Assembly: GCA_963555825.3 (NCBI GenBank) | Contig: CAUVXB020000002.1 | Location: 1,024,001 to 1,088,000, forward strand | Direction: 5' to 3' | Source of the DNA: Alphaproteobacteria bacterium | Lineage (GTDB): Bacteria > Pseudomonadota > Alphaproteobacteria > JAAXGF01 | DNA length: 64,000 bases | In this document: one piece after another, positions 19,729-29,894 of the stretch | Numbering within the stretch: position 1 is the stretch's first letter | Layout: the number at the start of each line of letters is the position of its first letter | Program-made: the position numbers and the translations under genes | Notes under the pieces: generated by a model | Seen by the model: the letters and a program-made list of their open reading frames with translations, nothing else | What the model was told of the DNA's origin: nothing | Databases searched by the model: none

Positions 19729-20001
19729 TCAGCCTGGATTTCTGACCATGGACAGGCGCGTCATCGCGTCGGGCGGAGCCGATCCGCCAGGAGAAGGCCG
19801 CCGAGCGTGGCCTGGGCCACGGTCAAGGCCTTCGACGCCGCGGGCGGCCCGCCCGGCGCGACCCTTAAGGGCGGCGGATATCGGACGACAGGCAGCGTCA
19901 AAGCGCTTGCCCGATGCGATAGCATCGCGCTGCACACTTTTCCTAGCCTGTCGTCCGATATCCGCCGTGCCGCACCTGTCCATGGTCAGAATTCCTGGCT
20001 A
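19729..20001 (-). mobile_element. 273-bp cruciform MITE-like element, copy 1 (between ccmH and ccmI)
   Basis: ~30-bp terminal inverted repeats and two long internal arms; homologous to 25730-26002 and 27250-27522. Confidence 0.9.
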
Positions 20002-20457
20002 GCCGTCGTCGATCAGTGCGTCGAGGCGGCGCCGCTCGTCGGCGGTGAGCGGTCCGGCCGCCGCGGTCCTTTGCCCCTGGCGGCGCAAGTAAACGGCGGC
20101 GCCGGCGGCGCCCAATAGCAAAATCACCGCCGGGCCGAGCCACAGCACATAGGTCGTCGGCTTGAAGGGCGGTTCTAGCAGGACGAAATCGCCGTAGCGC
20201 GACACGACATAGGCGACGATCGCCTCGTCGGTCTCGCCGGCGACCAGCCTTTCACGCACCAGAAGTCGCAGGTCCTTGGCCAGCGTGGCGTTCGATTCGT
20301 CGATCGACTGGTTCTGGCAGACCAGGCAGCGCAGCTCCTTGAAGATGACCCGCGCGCGCGACTCGAGCGCCGTGTCGTCGAGCTGCTCGACGGCGCTGAT
20401 CGCGAAGGCCGGACCGGCGAGCAGGGCGATCAGCAGGGCGGTGGCGAGCGCCCTCAT
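19999..20457 (-). CDS. ccmH: Cytochrome c biogenesis protein CcmH/CycL
   Basis: LRCLVCQNQSI, RYGDFVL. Confidence 0.95.
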   Translation of the reverse strand: MRALATALLIALLAGPAFAISAVEQLDDTALESRARVIFKELRCLVCQNQSIDESNATLAKDLRLLVRERLVAGETDEAIVAYVVSRYGDFVLLEPPFKPTTYVLWLGPAVILLLGAAGAAVYLRRQGQRTAAAGPLTADERRRLDALIDDG

Positions 20458-20990
20458 CCGCGCAGCTCCTCGATCAGCGGCAGGATCGTCTGCTCGAGAT
20501 CCTCGGGCCGGATCGGGCCGATGTGCTTGTAGACGATGCGCCCGCTGCGATCGATGACGAAGGTTTCCGGCAGGCCGTAGACGCCCCAGTCGATGCCGAC
20601 GCGGCCGTCGTGGTCGGCGCCCGAGCGAACGTAGGGATCGCCCATGCGGTCGAGCCAGCGGCGCGCGTCCTCCGGCTTGTCCTTGTAGTTGATGCCGTAG
20701 ACCGGCACCGTGCCGTCCTCGGTCAGGCGGTTGAGCAGCGGGTGCTCGACGCGGCAAGCGACGCACCAAGAGGCGAAGAAGTTGACCAACCGCACCTCGC
20801 CCTCGAGATCGGCGCTGGCGAGGCCGCGCGCGCGGCCCTCGACCGGGCCGAGCGCGAACCTAGGCACGTCTTGGTCGATCAGCACCGAGGGGATCTGGCT
20901 CGGATCGCGCGTCAGGCCGATGCCGAGGCCGACGGCGAGCACGACGAACAGGCTGAGCGGCAGCATGTAGCGCAGTTGGACCGCGCTCAT
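20454..20990 (-). CDS. ccmG: Thiol:disulfide oxidoreductase CcmG/DsbE
   Basis: FASWCVAC, GVYGLPETF. Confidence 0.95.
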   Translation of the reverse strand: MSAVQLRYMLPLSLFVVLAVGLGIGLTRDPSQIPSVLIDQDVPRFALGPVEGRARGLASADLEGEVRLVNFFASWCVACRVEHPLLNRLTEDGTVPVYGINYKDKPEDARRWLDRMGDPYVRSGADHDGRVGIDWGVYGLPETFVIDRSGRIVYKHIGPIRPEDLEQTILPLIEELRG

Positions 20991-20991
20991 G

Positions 20992-22983
20992 TCAGACGGT
21001 TTGCGGCTTGGCGCCGGCGCCCGCCGCGGCGCGCGCGCGGCGCGGCGCGCCGACCCTGAGCCGGCGATCGGTCAGGCTGACCGCGCCGCCGACGACGATC
21101 AGGATGGCGCCGAGCCAGATCCACGGCACCAGCGGGTTATGGTAGATGCGCACGCTCCAGCCGCCCTCGCCGTCGGGATCGCCGATCACCGCGTAGAGGT
21201 CGGCCAGCCAGGTGGTGTGGATCGCCGCCTCGGTGGTCGTCATGTCCTGTGACGGATAGGTGCGCTTCTCGGGGAACAAACGGGCGATCGGCTCGCCGTC
21301 GCGGGTCACCACGAACTCGGCGCGCAGGGCCGAATAGTTCGGCCCGGCAAGGTCGCGCACGCCCTTGAAGGTGAACGTGTAGCCGGCGACCTCGGCCTGC
21401 TCGCCCGGGTGCATCAGCGCGATATGCTCGGTCCGCCAGACCTGCGAGACGATGATCGCGGCAACGACGACGGCGATGGAGGCATGCGCGATGGTCATGC
21501 CATAGGCCGAGCGCGGCAGGTGGCGCGCGCGATTGAAACTCTCCGACAGGGGCGCGCGGAACAGCTTGATGCGCCCGGCGAACTCGATCACGGTGCCGGT
21601 GAACAGCCAGGCCGCGATACCGAGGCCGATCGCCGGCAGCGGCGAGCCGCCGGTGGTCGCCATCCAGCTGCCGACGAACACCACGGCGGTGACGGCGAAG
21701 GCGAGCTTGAGCCGGCCCAACACGCCAGGCAGGTCGGCGCGTTTCCACGACAGGAACGGGCCGATCGCGGCGACCACCAGAAGCGGCATCATCAGGGGCC
21801 CGAAGGTACCGTTGAAGTAGGGCGGCCCGACCGAGACCTTGCCGAGATCGAGCGTGTCGAGCGCCAGCGGGTACATGGTGCCGAGCAGCACCGTCGAGCA
21901 GGCCGCCGTCAACAAGAGGTTGTTGAGCACCAGGCCGCCCTCGCGCGAGATCGGCGCGAACAGGCCGCCGGCCTTGAGCTTCGGCGCGCGGATGGCATAG
22001 AGCGTCAAGGAACCGCCGATGACGATCACCAGGAAGGCCAGGATGAACACGCCGCGTGTCGGGTCGGTCGCGAAAGCGTGCACCGAGGTCAGCACGCCCG
22101 AACGCACCAGGAAGGTGCCGAGCAAGCTGAGCGAGAAGGCGATGATCGCCAACAGGATGGTCCAGCTCTTGAGCGCGTCGCGCTTCTCGGTAACGATCGC
22201 CGAGTGCAGCAGCGCGGTGCCGGCGAGCCACGGCATGAACGAGGCGTTCTCGACCGGGTCCCAGAACCAGAAGCCGCCCCAGCCGAGCTCGTAATAGGCC
22301 CACCAGCTGCCCATCGCGATGCCGAGCGTCAGGAACGACCAGGCGACCAGCGTCCAGGGCCTGACCCAGCGCGCCCAGGCGGCGTCGACGCGGCCCTCGA
22401 TGAGCGCCGCGACGGCGAAGGAAAACGCCATCGAGAAGCCGACGTAGCCGAGGTAGAGGAACGGCGGGTGGAAGGCGAGGCCGGGGTCCTGCAGCAGCGG
22501 GTTGAGATCGCTGCCCTCGAAGGGCGCCGGATCGAGGCGCAGGAACGGGTTCGAGGTAAAGACGGCGAACGCCAGGAAGCCGACCGCGATCCACGCCTGG
22601 ATGGCGAGCACCCGGGCGCGCAGCGTGGGCGGCAGGTTGCCGCCGAAGAGCGCGACCGCCATGCCGAACAGCGCGAGGATCATGGCCCACAAGAGGATCG
22701 AGCCCTCGTGATTGCCCCACACGCCCGAAATCTTGTACATCAGCGGCTTCGCCGAATGGGAGTTCTGGGCGACGTTCATGACGCTGAAGTCGGACACCAC
22801 ATAGGCGTAGGTCAGGCAGCCGAACGAGATGCCGATGAACAGCATCTGGCCGACGCTCGCAGGGCGCGCCACCGCCATCCAGGCGGCGTTGCCGGTCTGC
22901 GCGCCGATCAACGGAAGCGTGCCCTGGACGAGCGCCACCAGGAGCGCGAGTATCAGCGCGTAATGTCCGATTTCGGCGATCAT
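20992..22983 (-). CDS. ccmF: Heme lyase CcmF
   Basis: [17 protein letters not shown]. Confidence 0.97.
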   Translation of the reverse strand: MIAEIGHYALILALLVALVQGTLPLIGAQTGNAAWMAVARPASVGQMLFIGISFGCLTYAYVVSDFSVMNVAQNSHSAKPLMYKISGVWGNHEGSILLWAMILALFGMAVALFGGNLPPTLRARVLAIQAWIAVGFLAFAVFTSNPFLRLDPAPFEGSDLNPLLQDPGLAFHPPFLYLGYVGFSMAFSFAVAALIEGRVDAAWARWVRPWTLVAWSFLTLGIAMGSWWAYYELGWGGFWFWDPVENASFMPWLAGTALLHSAIVTEKRDALKSWTILLAIIAFSLSLLGTFLVRSGVLTSVHAFATDPTRGVFILAFLVIVIGGSLTLYAIRAPKLKAGGLFAPISREGGLVLNNLLLTAACSTVLLGTMYPLALDTLDLGKVSVGPPYFNGTFGPLMMPLLVVAAIGPFLSWKRADLPGVLGRLKLAFAVTAVVFVGSWMATTGGSPLPAIGLGIAAWLFTGTVIEFAGRIKLFRAPLSESFNRARHLPRSAYGMTIAHASIAVVVAAIIVSQVWRTEHIALMHPGEQAEVAGYTFTFKGVRDLAGPNYSALRAEFVVTRDGEPIARLFPEKRTYPSQDMTTTEAAIHTTWLADLYAVIGDPDGEGGWSVRIYHNPLVPWIWLGAILIVVGGAVSLTDRRLRVGAPRRARAAAGAGAKPQTV

Positions 22984-23426
22984 TGTTCGTCGGCGCCTTT
23001 CCACTGGCCGGAGGCCCTGAGCGCGTCGGCGACCTCGGGCGGCATGTAGTTTTCGTCGTGCTTGGCGAGCACCATCTCGGCGGTGAACACGCCATTCGCG
23101 TCGAGATAGCCCTCGGCGACCACGCCCTGGCCCTCGCGGAACAGGTCGGGAAGCACGCCTTTATAGGTGACCGGCACGGTCTTCGACAAGTCGGTCACCC
23201 GAAACGATACCGTGAGACCGTCGGCCAGGCGGGTGACGCTGCCTTCCTCGACCAGGCCGCCGATGCGGAAGCGCCGGCCTTCGGGGATGTCCTTCACGGT
23301 CAGATCGGTCGGGCTGTAGAAGAACACCAGGTTGTCTTCGAAGGCGACCAGCACCAGCCCGGCCGCCGCGCCGAGCAGCACCAGGCCGGTGAGTATGAAT
23401 GTAAGGCGCCGGTGCTTACGCTTCAT
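22980..23426 (-). CDS. ccmE: Heme chaperone CcmE
   Basis: [18 protein letters not shown]. Confidence 0.97.
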   Translation of the reverse strand: MKRKHRRLTFILTGLVLLGAAAGLVLVAFEDNLVFFYSPTDLTVKDIPEGRRFRIGGLVEEGSVTRLADGLTVSFRVTDLSKTVPVTYKGVLPDLFREGQGVVAEGYLDANGVFTAEMVLAKHDENYMPPEVADALRASGQWKGADEQ

Positions 23427-23601
23427 CGCCCGTCCCCGCATCAGCGCGGCGCCGGCGTGTCTCGAGCGCGTCGAGCTCGGCCTGGCGGGCGCGCAAGGCG
23501 CGCAGGCTCGCGACCAGCAACCCGGCCATCACCGCGGCGGCGCAGAGATAGGCCGGCCAGATGAAGGCGCCGTGACCGCCCATCGCGAGATATTCGCCCA
23601 T
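23416..23601 (-). CDS. ccmD: Heme exporter protein CcmD
   Basis: [12 protein letters not shown]; small TM protein between ccmC and ccmE. Confidence 0.85.
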   Translation of the reverse strand: MGEYLAMGGHGAFIWPAYLCAAAVMAGLLVASLRALRARQAELDALETRRRRADAGTGDEA

Positions 23602-23623
23602 TGTCCCTTGCCCCGTGTCCGCG

Positions 23624-24403
23624 TCAGCCGCCGTCGACGACCGCGGCGCCAGCCCGGCCCGCGTCATGTTCGTCGTGGCGCTGGACCTCGGCGATGTGCA
23701 GCGCGCGCAGCTTACGCGCAACGAGTTCGGCGCGCATGCGCAGGATCAACACCACGACGTAAAATGCCGTGAATCCCGCTGCCATGACCAGCAGCGGCGC
23801 CAGGATCGAGCCGTGGATCGCCGGGCCGTCCATCTTCACCACGCTGGCCGGCTGATGCAGGGTGTTCCACCAGTCGACCGAGAACTTGATGATCGGCACG
23901 TTGACGACGCCGACCAGCGCGAGGATCGCCGCCGCGCGGCCGCCGCGCGACGGGTCGTCGAAGGCGCCGCGCAGCGCCATGTAGCCGAGGTAAAGGAAGA
24001 ACAACACCAGGACCGAGGTAAGCCGCGCATCCCAGACCCACCAGGTGCCCCACATCGGCTTGCCCCAGAGCGAGCCCGTAACCAGCGCGATGAAGGTGAA
24101 ACTCGCGCCGATCGGCGCCGACGCCTGCGCCGCGATGTCGGCCAGCGGATGCTTCCAGATCAGCGCCGAGGCGCTGGCGACGGCCATGCCGGTGTAGACG
24201 AATAGCGCCATCCAGGCGGCCGGCACGTGGATGAACATGATGCGCACCGTCTCGCCCTGCTGGTAGTCGGGCGGTGCGACGAACAGCGCAAGATAAAGGC
24301 CGACGCCGATTAGCGCCGCCGTCGCCCAGGCCGCCCAGGGCAGGATGCGAGCCGAATAGCGCATGAAGCGCGCGGGATTGGCGAGGCGGTGCATGGCGTT
24401 CAT
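23624..24403 (-). CDS. ccmC: Heme exporter CcmC
   Basis: WGKPMWGTWWVWDARLTS, WWNTLHQ. Confidence 0.97.
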   Translation of the reverse strand: MNAMHRLANPARFMRYSARILPWAAWATAALIGVGLYLALFVAPPDYQQGETVRIMFIHVPAAWMALFVYTGMAVASASALIWKHPLADIAAQASAPIGASFTFIALVTGSLWGKPMWGTWWVWDARLTSVLVLFFLYLGYMALRGAFDDPSRGGRAAAILALVGVVNVPIIKFSVDWWNTLHQPASVVKMDGPAIHGSILAPLLVMAAGFTAFYVVVLILRMRAELVARKLRALHIAEVQRHDEHDAGRAGAAVVDGG

Positions 24404-24409
24404 CTGAGC

Positions 24410-25075
24410 CTATTCGAGCGCCAGGCGCAACGCCGCCGCGCTCGCCCAAGGGCAGAGCGGCAGCGCGGCGAGCAGCAGGCCGCCAAGGAGCGACAGGTGC
24501 GGCCCCGCCGCCAGTCCGAAGACCGCGGCGTCGATCGCGCCTACCCCGAAGATAAGCACTGGAATGTAGAGCGGCAAGACGAGCAGGCTGACGAGCACGC
24601 CGCCGCGGCGCAGCGACACGGTGAGCGCCGCGCCGATCGCGCCGACCAGGCTCAGCACCGGCGTGCCGAGCAGCATCGCCGCGACGAGTGTGGCGAAGCC
24701 CTCGGCGCTCATGTTCAACAGCACGGCGAGCAGCGGCGCGGCGACGACCAGCGGCAGGCCGGTGGTCAGCCAATGGGCGAGGCATTTGGCGAGCACCGTG
24801 ACCTCGAGCGGCAGGCGGGACATGGCAATCAGCTCGAGGCTGCCGTCGTCGTGGTCATCGCGGAACAGACGGCCGAGCGACAGCATGGCGGCGAGCAGGG
24901 CGGCGACCCAGATTATGCCCGGCGCGATGCGCGCCAGCATGGTCGCCTCGGGCCCGACGCCGAAGGGAAACAGCGTGACGGTCAAGACGAAGAAGACGAT
25001 GACGTTTGCGCTGTCGCCGCCGCGCTTGAGCGCGAGCTTGAGGTCGCGGCGCACCAGCCACCAGAAGCCGTTCAC
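24410..25075 (-). CDS. ccmB: Heme exporter permease CcmB
   Basis: LFPFGVGP, DGSLE, LPLYIPVLIFG; GTG start overlaps the ccmA stop. Confidence 0.95.
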   Translation of the reverse strand: MNGFWWLVRRDLKLALKRGGDSANVIVFFVLTVTLFPFGVGPEATMLARIAPGIIWVAALLAAMLSLGRLFRDDHDDGSLELIAMSRLPLEVTVLAKCLAHWLTTGLPLVVAAPLLAVLLNMSAEGFATLVAAMLLGTPVLSLVGAIGAALTVSLRRGGVLVSLLVLPLYIPVLIFGVGAIDAAVFGLAAGPHLSLLGGLLLAALPLCPWASAAALRLALE

Positions 25076-25725
25076 GGCGCGGCCCCCTCGATGGCGCCAA
25101 GGTCCAGCGCCGCCGCGTCGGGCACCGCGAGCCCGCCGTGGGTCGCGACGACCGCGAGACCGCCGGCTGCGCGGTGCTCGGCGATCATCGTCTCGATGAT
25201 GGCGACCGAAGCGCCGTCGAGCGTGACCGTCGGCTCGTCGAGCAGCCACAAGGGCGCAGGCGCCGCGACGAGGCGCGCGAGGCCGAGCCGGCGGCGCTGG
25301 CCGGCCGACAGGAGCTGCGCCAGCACGTCGGCCAGATGGTCGATGCCGAGGCGGTCGAGTGCGCGCTTGGCGGCGCCCGTGGCGCCGTCCGGGCTGCCCA
25401 ACAGCCCGGCCCAGAAGGTCAGGTTCTCGGCCACGGTCAGTACCGGTTTGACGGCGTCGAGATGGCCAACATAGCGCAGCCGCGCGTGATGCGCTTCCGG
25501 GTCGTTGGCGACCGGCGCACCGTGCCAGGTGATCGTGCCGGCGGCCGGCGCGAGCAGGCCGGCGAGCAGACGCAATAGGCTCGATTTGCCGCTGCCGTTG
25601 GGCCCGGCCAGCAGCAGCGCGCCGCCCGGCGCGATCGCGAAGTCGACGCCGGCGAAGACGCTGCGCTCGCCGCGTATACAGGCCAAGCCACGTGCCGCGA
25701 GGCCGCTATCGGCGTCCTTAGTCAT
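25072..25725 (-). CDS. ccmA: Heme exporter ATPase CcmA
   Basis: GPNGSGKS, LSAGQRRR, WLLDEP. Confidence 0.95.
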   Translation of the reverse strand: MTKDADSGLAARGLACIRGERSVFAGVDFAIAPGGALLLAGPNGSGKSSLLRLLAGLLAPAAGTITWHGAPVANDPEAHHARLRYVGHLDAVKPVLTVAENLTFWAGLLGSPDGATGAAKRALDRLGIDHLADVLAQLLSAGQRRRLGLARLVAAPAPLWLLDEPTVTLDGASVAIIETMIAEHRAAGGLAVVATHGGLAVPDAAALDLGAIEGAAP

Positions 25726-25729
25726 GGCC

Positions 25730-26002
25730 TTAGCCCGGCGTTCTCACTATGGACAGGCGCGTCATCGCGTCGGGCGGAGACGATCCGCCAGAAGAAGGCC
25801 GCGGCGCGTAGCCTGGGCTACGCGCAAGGCCTTCGACGCCGCGGGCGGCCCGCCCGGCGCGACCCGCAGGGCGGCGGATATCGGACGACAGGACGGCGTC
25901 AAAGCGCTTGCCCGATGCGACAGCATCGTGCCGCGCGCTTTTCCTAGCCTGTCGTCCGATATCCGCCGTGCCGCACCTGTCCATAGTGAGAATTCCGGGC
26001 TA
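25730..26002 (-). mobile_element. 273-bp cruciform MITE-like element, copy 2 (between the CoA ligase and ccmA)
   Basis: Same architecture as copy 1; TAGCCCGG...CCGGGCTA ends. Confidence 0.9.
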
Positions 26003-27250
26003 GGTCAGGTCGCGCTGGTCGTCGATGACCTTGCCGTCATCGGAGAGGCTGCCGGGCGGCACGATCGAGACCCGGCCGCGCAGCTTGCAGACGGCCTGCA
26101 GCGTTTCGATGATGGCGGCGGTGAGGCCATCGGCCGCGCCCGAAACCTCGCAGTGGAGCGTCATGACGTCGCGGCCATCCTCCTGCTCGACGACCAGGCG
26201 GCCCCTGCCGACTTCGGGGTGGCGGGCGAGCACCTGGGCGACCTGCTCGGGGTGGACGAACATGCCCTTGACCTTGGTCGTCTGGTCGGCGCGCCCCATC
26301 CAGCCCTTGATGCGCATGTTGGTGCGCCCGCAGGGGCTCGGCCCCGCGAGCACCGCCGAGAGGTCGCCGGTGGCGAAACGGATAAGCGGGTATTCGGGTG
26401 TAAAGATGGTCACCACGACCTCGCCGACCGCGCCTTCGGCGACTGGCGCGCCGGTGCCCGGCGTGACGATCTCGAGGATCACGCCCTCGTCGACGATCAT
26501 GCCCTCCTTGGCCGGTGATTCGTAGGCGACCAGGCCGAGGTCGGCGATGGCGTAGCACTGCAGGACGTCGATGCCGTAGCCTGCGATCTCGGCGCGCAGG
26601 CTGGGCGGTAGCGCCTCGCCGGAGACCAGTGCCTTGGTAATGCTCGTCAGGTCGAGCCCCGCCTCGCTGCCCCGCTCCAAGAGGACCTTGAGGAACGAGG
26701 GGGTGCCGACATAGGCCTGCGGACGGACGTCGGCTATCGTCTGGAGCTGCTGCTCGGTGTTGCCGACGCCGCCGGGTACGACGGCGCAGCCGAGCGCATG
26801 CGCGGCGCTCTCGAGCATCATGCCGGCTGGCGTCAGGTGGTAGGAGAAGCAGTTGTGCAATATGTCGCCGGCACGGAATCCGGCGGCATGGAGCGCGCGG
26901 GCGAGGCGGAAAAAGTCCGGTCGGTGCGCCGCGGGGTCGTAAATCGGTCCCGGCGAAACGAAGATGTTGGCGAGCGCGCCCGGCGCGACTGCGGCGAGCC
27001 CGCCGAACGGTGGCCGCGCCCGTTGGCGCTCGATCAAGGCAGACTTGCGCGTCACCGGCAGCCGGGCGAGCGCCGCGCGATCGACGACGGCATCGGCGTC
27101 GATATCGGCGAACAATTCGGCGAAGTGCGGCGCCTTGGCCTTGGCGTGGGCGACGTGCGCCGGCAACGCCGCGAACAGCGCGCGCTCGCGCGCCTCGGGA
27201 TCGCGCGTCTCGAGGTCGTCGTAGAACTCGCCGCCCGCGCTCACCGGCAT
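26000..27250 (-). CDS. Phenylacetate-CoA ligase family AMP-binding protein
   Basis: SPGPIYDP, YPLIRFATGD, GRADQTTKVKGMFVHP. Confidence 0.85.
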   Translation of the reverse strand: MPVSAGGEFYDDLETRDPEARERALFAALPAHVAHAKAKAPHFAELFADIDADAVVDRAALARLPVTRKSALIERQRARPPFGGLAAVAPGALANIFVSPGPIYDPAAHRPDFFRLARALHAAGFRAGDILHNCFSYHLTPAGMMLESAAHALGCAVVPGGVGNTEQQLQTIADVRPQAYVGTPSFLKVLLERGSEAGLDLTSITKALVSGEALPPSLRAEIAGYGIDVLQCYAIADLGLVAYESPAKEGMIVDEGVILEIVTPGTGAPVAEGAVGEVVVTIFTPEYPLIRFATGDLSAVLAGPSPCGRTNMRIKGWMGRADQTTKVKGMFVHPEQVAQVLARHPEVGRGRLVVEQEDGRDVMTLHCEVSGAADGLTAAIIETLQAVCKLRGRVSIVPPGSLSDDGKVIDDQRDLT

Positions 27251-27522
27251 CAGCCCGGAATTCTCGCCATGGACAGGCGCGTCATCGCGTCGGGCGGTCG
27301 CCGAGCCGCCAGGAGAAGGCCGCCGAGCGTGGCCTGGGCCACGGTCAAGGCCTTCGACGCCGCGGGCGGCCCGCCCGGCGCGACCCGAAGGGCGGCGGAT
27401 ATCGGACGACAGGCGGCGTCAAAGCGTTTGCTCGATGCGACAGCATCGCGCCGCACGCTTTTCCGAGCCTGTCGTCCGATATCCGCCGTGCCGCACCTGT
27501 CCATGGCGAGAATTCCGGGCTA
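27250..27522 (-). mobile_element. 273-bp cruciform MITE-like element, copy 3 (between the ABC ATPase and the CoA ligase)
   Basis: Perfect 26-bp terminal inverted repeat AGCCCGGAATTCTCGCCATGGACAGG. Confidence 0.9.
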
Positions 27523-27526
27523 GTTC

Positions 27527-28360
27527 CTAAAGCCAGCGCTTGCGGCGCCGGTAATGCTTGAAGTCGCGGTAGCTCTTTCGGCCGGACGCGCTGAGGCCCA
27601 GGTAGAACTCCTTGACGTCTTCGTTGTCGCGCAGCTTCCCGGCGTCGCCGTCCATGACGACGCGGCCGTTCTCGAGGATATAGCCGTAATGCGCGTAGCG
27701 TAGCGCGACGTTGGTGTTCTGCTCGGCGAGCAGGAAGCTGACGCCCTCGTTCTCGTTGAGCTGCTTGACGATCTCGAATATCTCCTCGACGAGCTGCGGC
27801 GCGAGACCCATCGAAGGCTCGTCCAAGAGGATCATCTTGGGCCGCGACATCAGCGCGCGGCCGAGCGCGCACATCTGCTGCTCGCCGCCCGAGGTATAGC
27901 CGGCCTGCGCCTTTCGGCGCTCCCTGAGGCGCGGAAAGTAGCCATAGACCAGATCGAGATCGGCTTCTATCGCGGCCTTGCCGTCGCGCCGGGTGTACGC
28001 GCCGGTCAGGAGATTCTCCTCGACGGTCAGGTGCTCGAAGCAGTGGCGTCCTTCCATGACCTGGATGACGCCGAGCCGAACCAACTCGTTCGGCGTCAGC
28101 GCGTCGACCCGCTTGCCGGCGTATTCGATCGAGCCCTTGGTGACCTCGCCGCGCTCGGCGCGCAGCAGGTTCGAGATCGCCTTGAGCGTGGTCGTCTTGC
28201 CGGCGCCGTTGGCCCCGAGGAGGGCGGCGATGCGCCCCTCGGGAACCTCGAGCGAGACGCCCTTCAACACCAAGATCACGTGGTCGTAGATGACCTCGAT
28301 GTTGTTGACGGCCAGAAGAGGCGCGTCGCCTGCGGCCTCGAGCGCCGCGGGCGCTTCCAT
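27527..28360 (-). CDS. LivF-like ABC transporter ATP-binding protein
   Basis: GANGAGKT, SGGEQQM, LDEPSMGL. Confidence 0.92.
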   Translation of the reverse strand: MEAPAALEAAGDAPLLAVNNIEVIYDHVILVLKGVSLEVPEGRIAALLGANGAGKTTTLKAISNLLRAERGEVTKGSIEYAGKRVDALTPNELVRLGVIQVMEGRHCFEHLTVEENLLTGAYTRRDGKAAIEADLDLVYGYFPRLRERRKAQAGYTSGGEQQMCALGRALMSRPKMILLDEPSMGLAPQLVEEIFEIVKQLNENEGVSFLLAEQNTNVALRYAHYGYILENGRVVMDGDAGKLRDNEDVKEFYLGLSASGRKSYRDFKHYRRRKRWL

Positions 28361-28411
28361 AGGAATCCTCCTAAAGCCGTCGTGACCGGCCGCTCACACG
28401 TTGCGCGGCGG

Positions 28412-29737
28412 TCAGTCGGTGCCGTCGCACTTGCGCGGCGTGATGCCCTTCTCGGCGGCGTAGGCGGCGGCGGCGGCCTCGATCATCGGGCGAACGACGT
28501 CGCGCATCGGCGTGATCCAGTCGCTGACGAACACCCACTTCGAGCCGTCCCACTGCTGGATGCGCACGGGACCGTTGCTCTCGTGGTCCTCGCAGGTGAC
28601 CTTGACCGGGTTGGTGAAGCCGGCGAGGCCGAGCGCGGCCAGCCGATCGGCCGTGAGGTCGAGGTTCTCGAGCCCATACTGGACCTGCTCGCCGGTCAGC
28701 GGCTTGTTGCCGAACTTGCCCATGGCGGTGCTGATCGCCTCGGTCGAGAATACCGCGTTGATCAGGCCGCGGTTGTACAGCACCTCGCCGAAGTTGTTCT
28801 CCTTCGCCTTGGCGAGATCGCCGCCATAGAGACTCGCCAGGATTTCCTGGTGCGCCGGCCAATCGCTGCCGTTGCCGGTGAAGTTAGCGCCCTTGTAGCC
28901 GGTCGCGGCGTCACCCGCCGGCACGACGTCCGCTTCGGACGAAGACCACCAGTTGCCGATGAAGTGATCCATCGGGTAGTTGACCGCGGCGGCTTCCTTG
29001 ATCGCCACCTGGTTCATGACGCCCCAGCCGGACATGTACACCCAGTCGGGTTTGTTGCGGCGGATCTGCAGCCAGGTCGCCTTCTGCTCCTGGCCCGGAT
29101 GGTCGACCGGCAACAAGAGGAGCTCATAGCCGTGCTTCTCGGCCAGGACCTCGAGCGTCGGGTTGGCTTCCTTGCCGTAGGGGCTGTTGTGGTAGACGTG
29201 GGCGATCTTCTTGCCCGCGAGCTTGTCGAGGCCGCCTTCCTGGGCGCCGATGTACTTGATGACCGCCGAGGCCTGGCTCCAATAGGTCGTCGGGAAGTTG
29301 AAGGTCCACTTGAACACGCGGCCGTCGGCCGAAGCGGTGCGGCCGTAGCCCATCGAGTGCACCGGGACGTGGTCGGCCCAGGTCTTCTCGATCAGCTGGT
29401 AGGTGATGCCCGTCGACAGCGGATTGAACACCGCGGCGCCGGTCTCGCCTTCGCCCTTCAGCTTCTCGTAGCATTCCACGCCGACATCGGTCTTGTAGCC
29501 GGTCTCGCATTCGATCAGGTCGATCATGACGCCGTTGACGCCGCCCTTGGAGTTCACGAGCGCGATGTAATCGCGGACCCCGTTGGCGAACGGCGTGCCG
29601 TTCGGCGCATAGGCGCCGGTCCGGTACGTCAGAGACGGAAGCGTCATCGAGCCTTCCGCGAGCGCGGTCGTCGTCGGCGCCAGCGCGGCCACGAAGGCGG
29701 CCGCCGCCGCGCCAAGTATCAGTTTCCTCACAAACAT
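28412..29737 (-). CDS. LivJ/K-like ABC substrate-binding protein
   Basis: Signal peptide, YRTGAYA, GGVNG; operon context. Confidence 0.9.
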   Translation of the reverse strand: MFVRKLILGAAAAAFVAALAPTTTALAEGSMTLPSLTYRTGAYAPNGTPFANGVRDYIALVNSKGGVNGVMIDLIECETGYKTDVGVECYEKLKGEGETGAAVFNPLSTGITYQLIEKTWADHVPVHSMGYGRTASADGRVFKWTFNFPTTYWSQASAVIKYIGAQEGGLDKLAGKKIAHVYHNSPYGKEANPTLEVLAEKHGYELLLLPVDHPGQEQKATWLQIRRNKPDWVYMSGWGVMNQVAIKEAAAVNYPMDHFIGNWWSSSEADVVPAGDAATGYKGANFTGNGSDWPAHQEILASLYGGDLAKAKENNFGEVLYNRGLINAVFSTEAISTAMGKFGNKPLTGEQVQYGLENLDLTADRLAALGLAGFTNPVKVTCEDHESNGPVRIQQWDGSKWVFVSDWITPMRDVVRPMIEAAAAAYAAEKGITPRKCDGTD

Positions 29738-29894
29738 CCCATTCCTCCCTAAGATCGATTGTATGATTGGTGTTCCAACGACGTGACGCTTTGGCGCGCC
29801 ACCGCCGACGGAAACAACGAGCAAGCGTAACACACCGCCGAAGCGGCCGTAAACGCCCCTTCGGGCGCGTCGATCCGGCGCCGGTCCGGCCCGC

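Noticed and set aside
19729-19983. 84-aa MDRCGTADIG peptide as a conserved functional protein family
   Set aside because: The central region is read in different frames in the three copies, so amino-acid sequence is not what is conserved. Kept only as a possible translational bridge.
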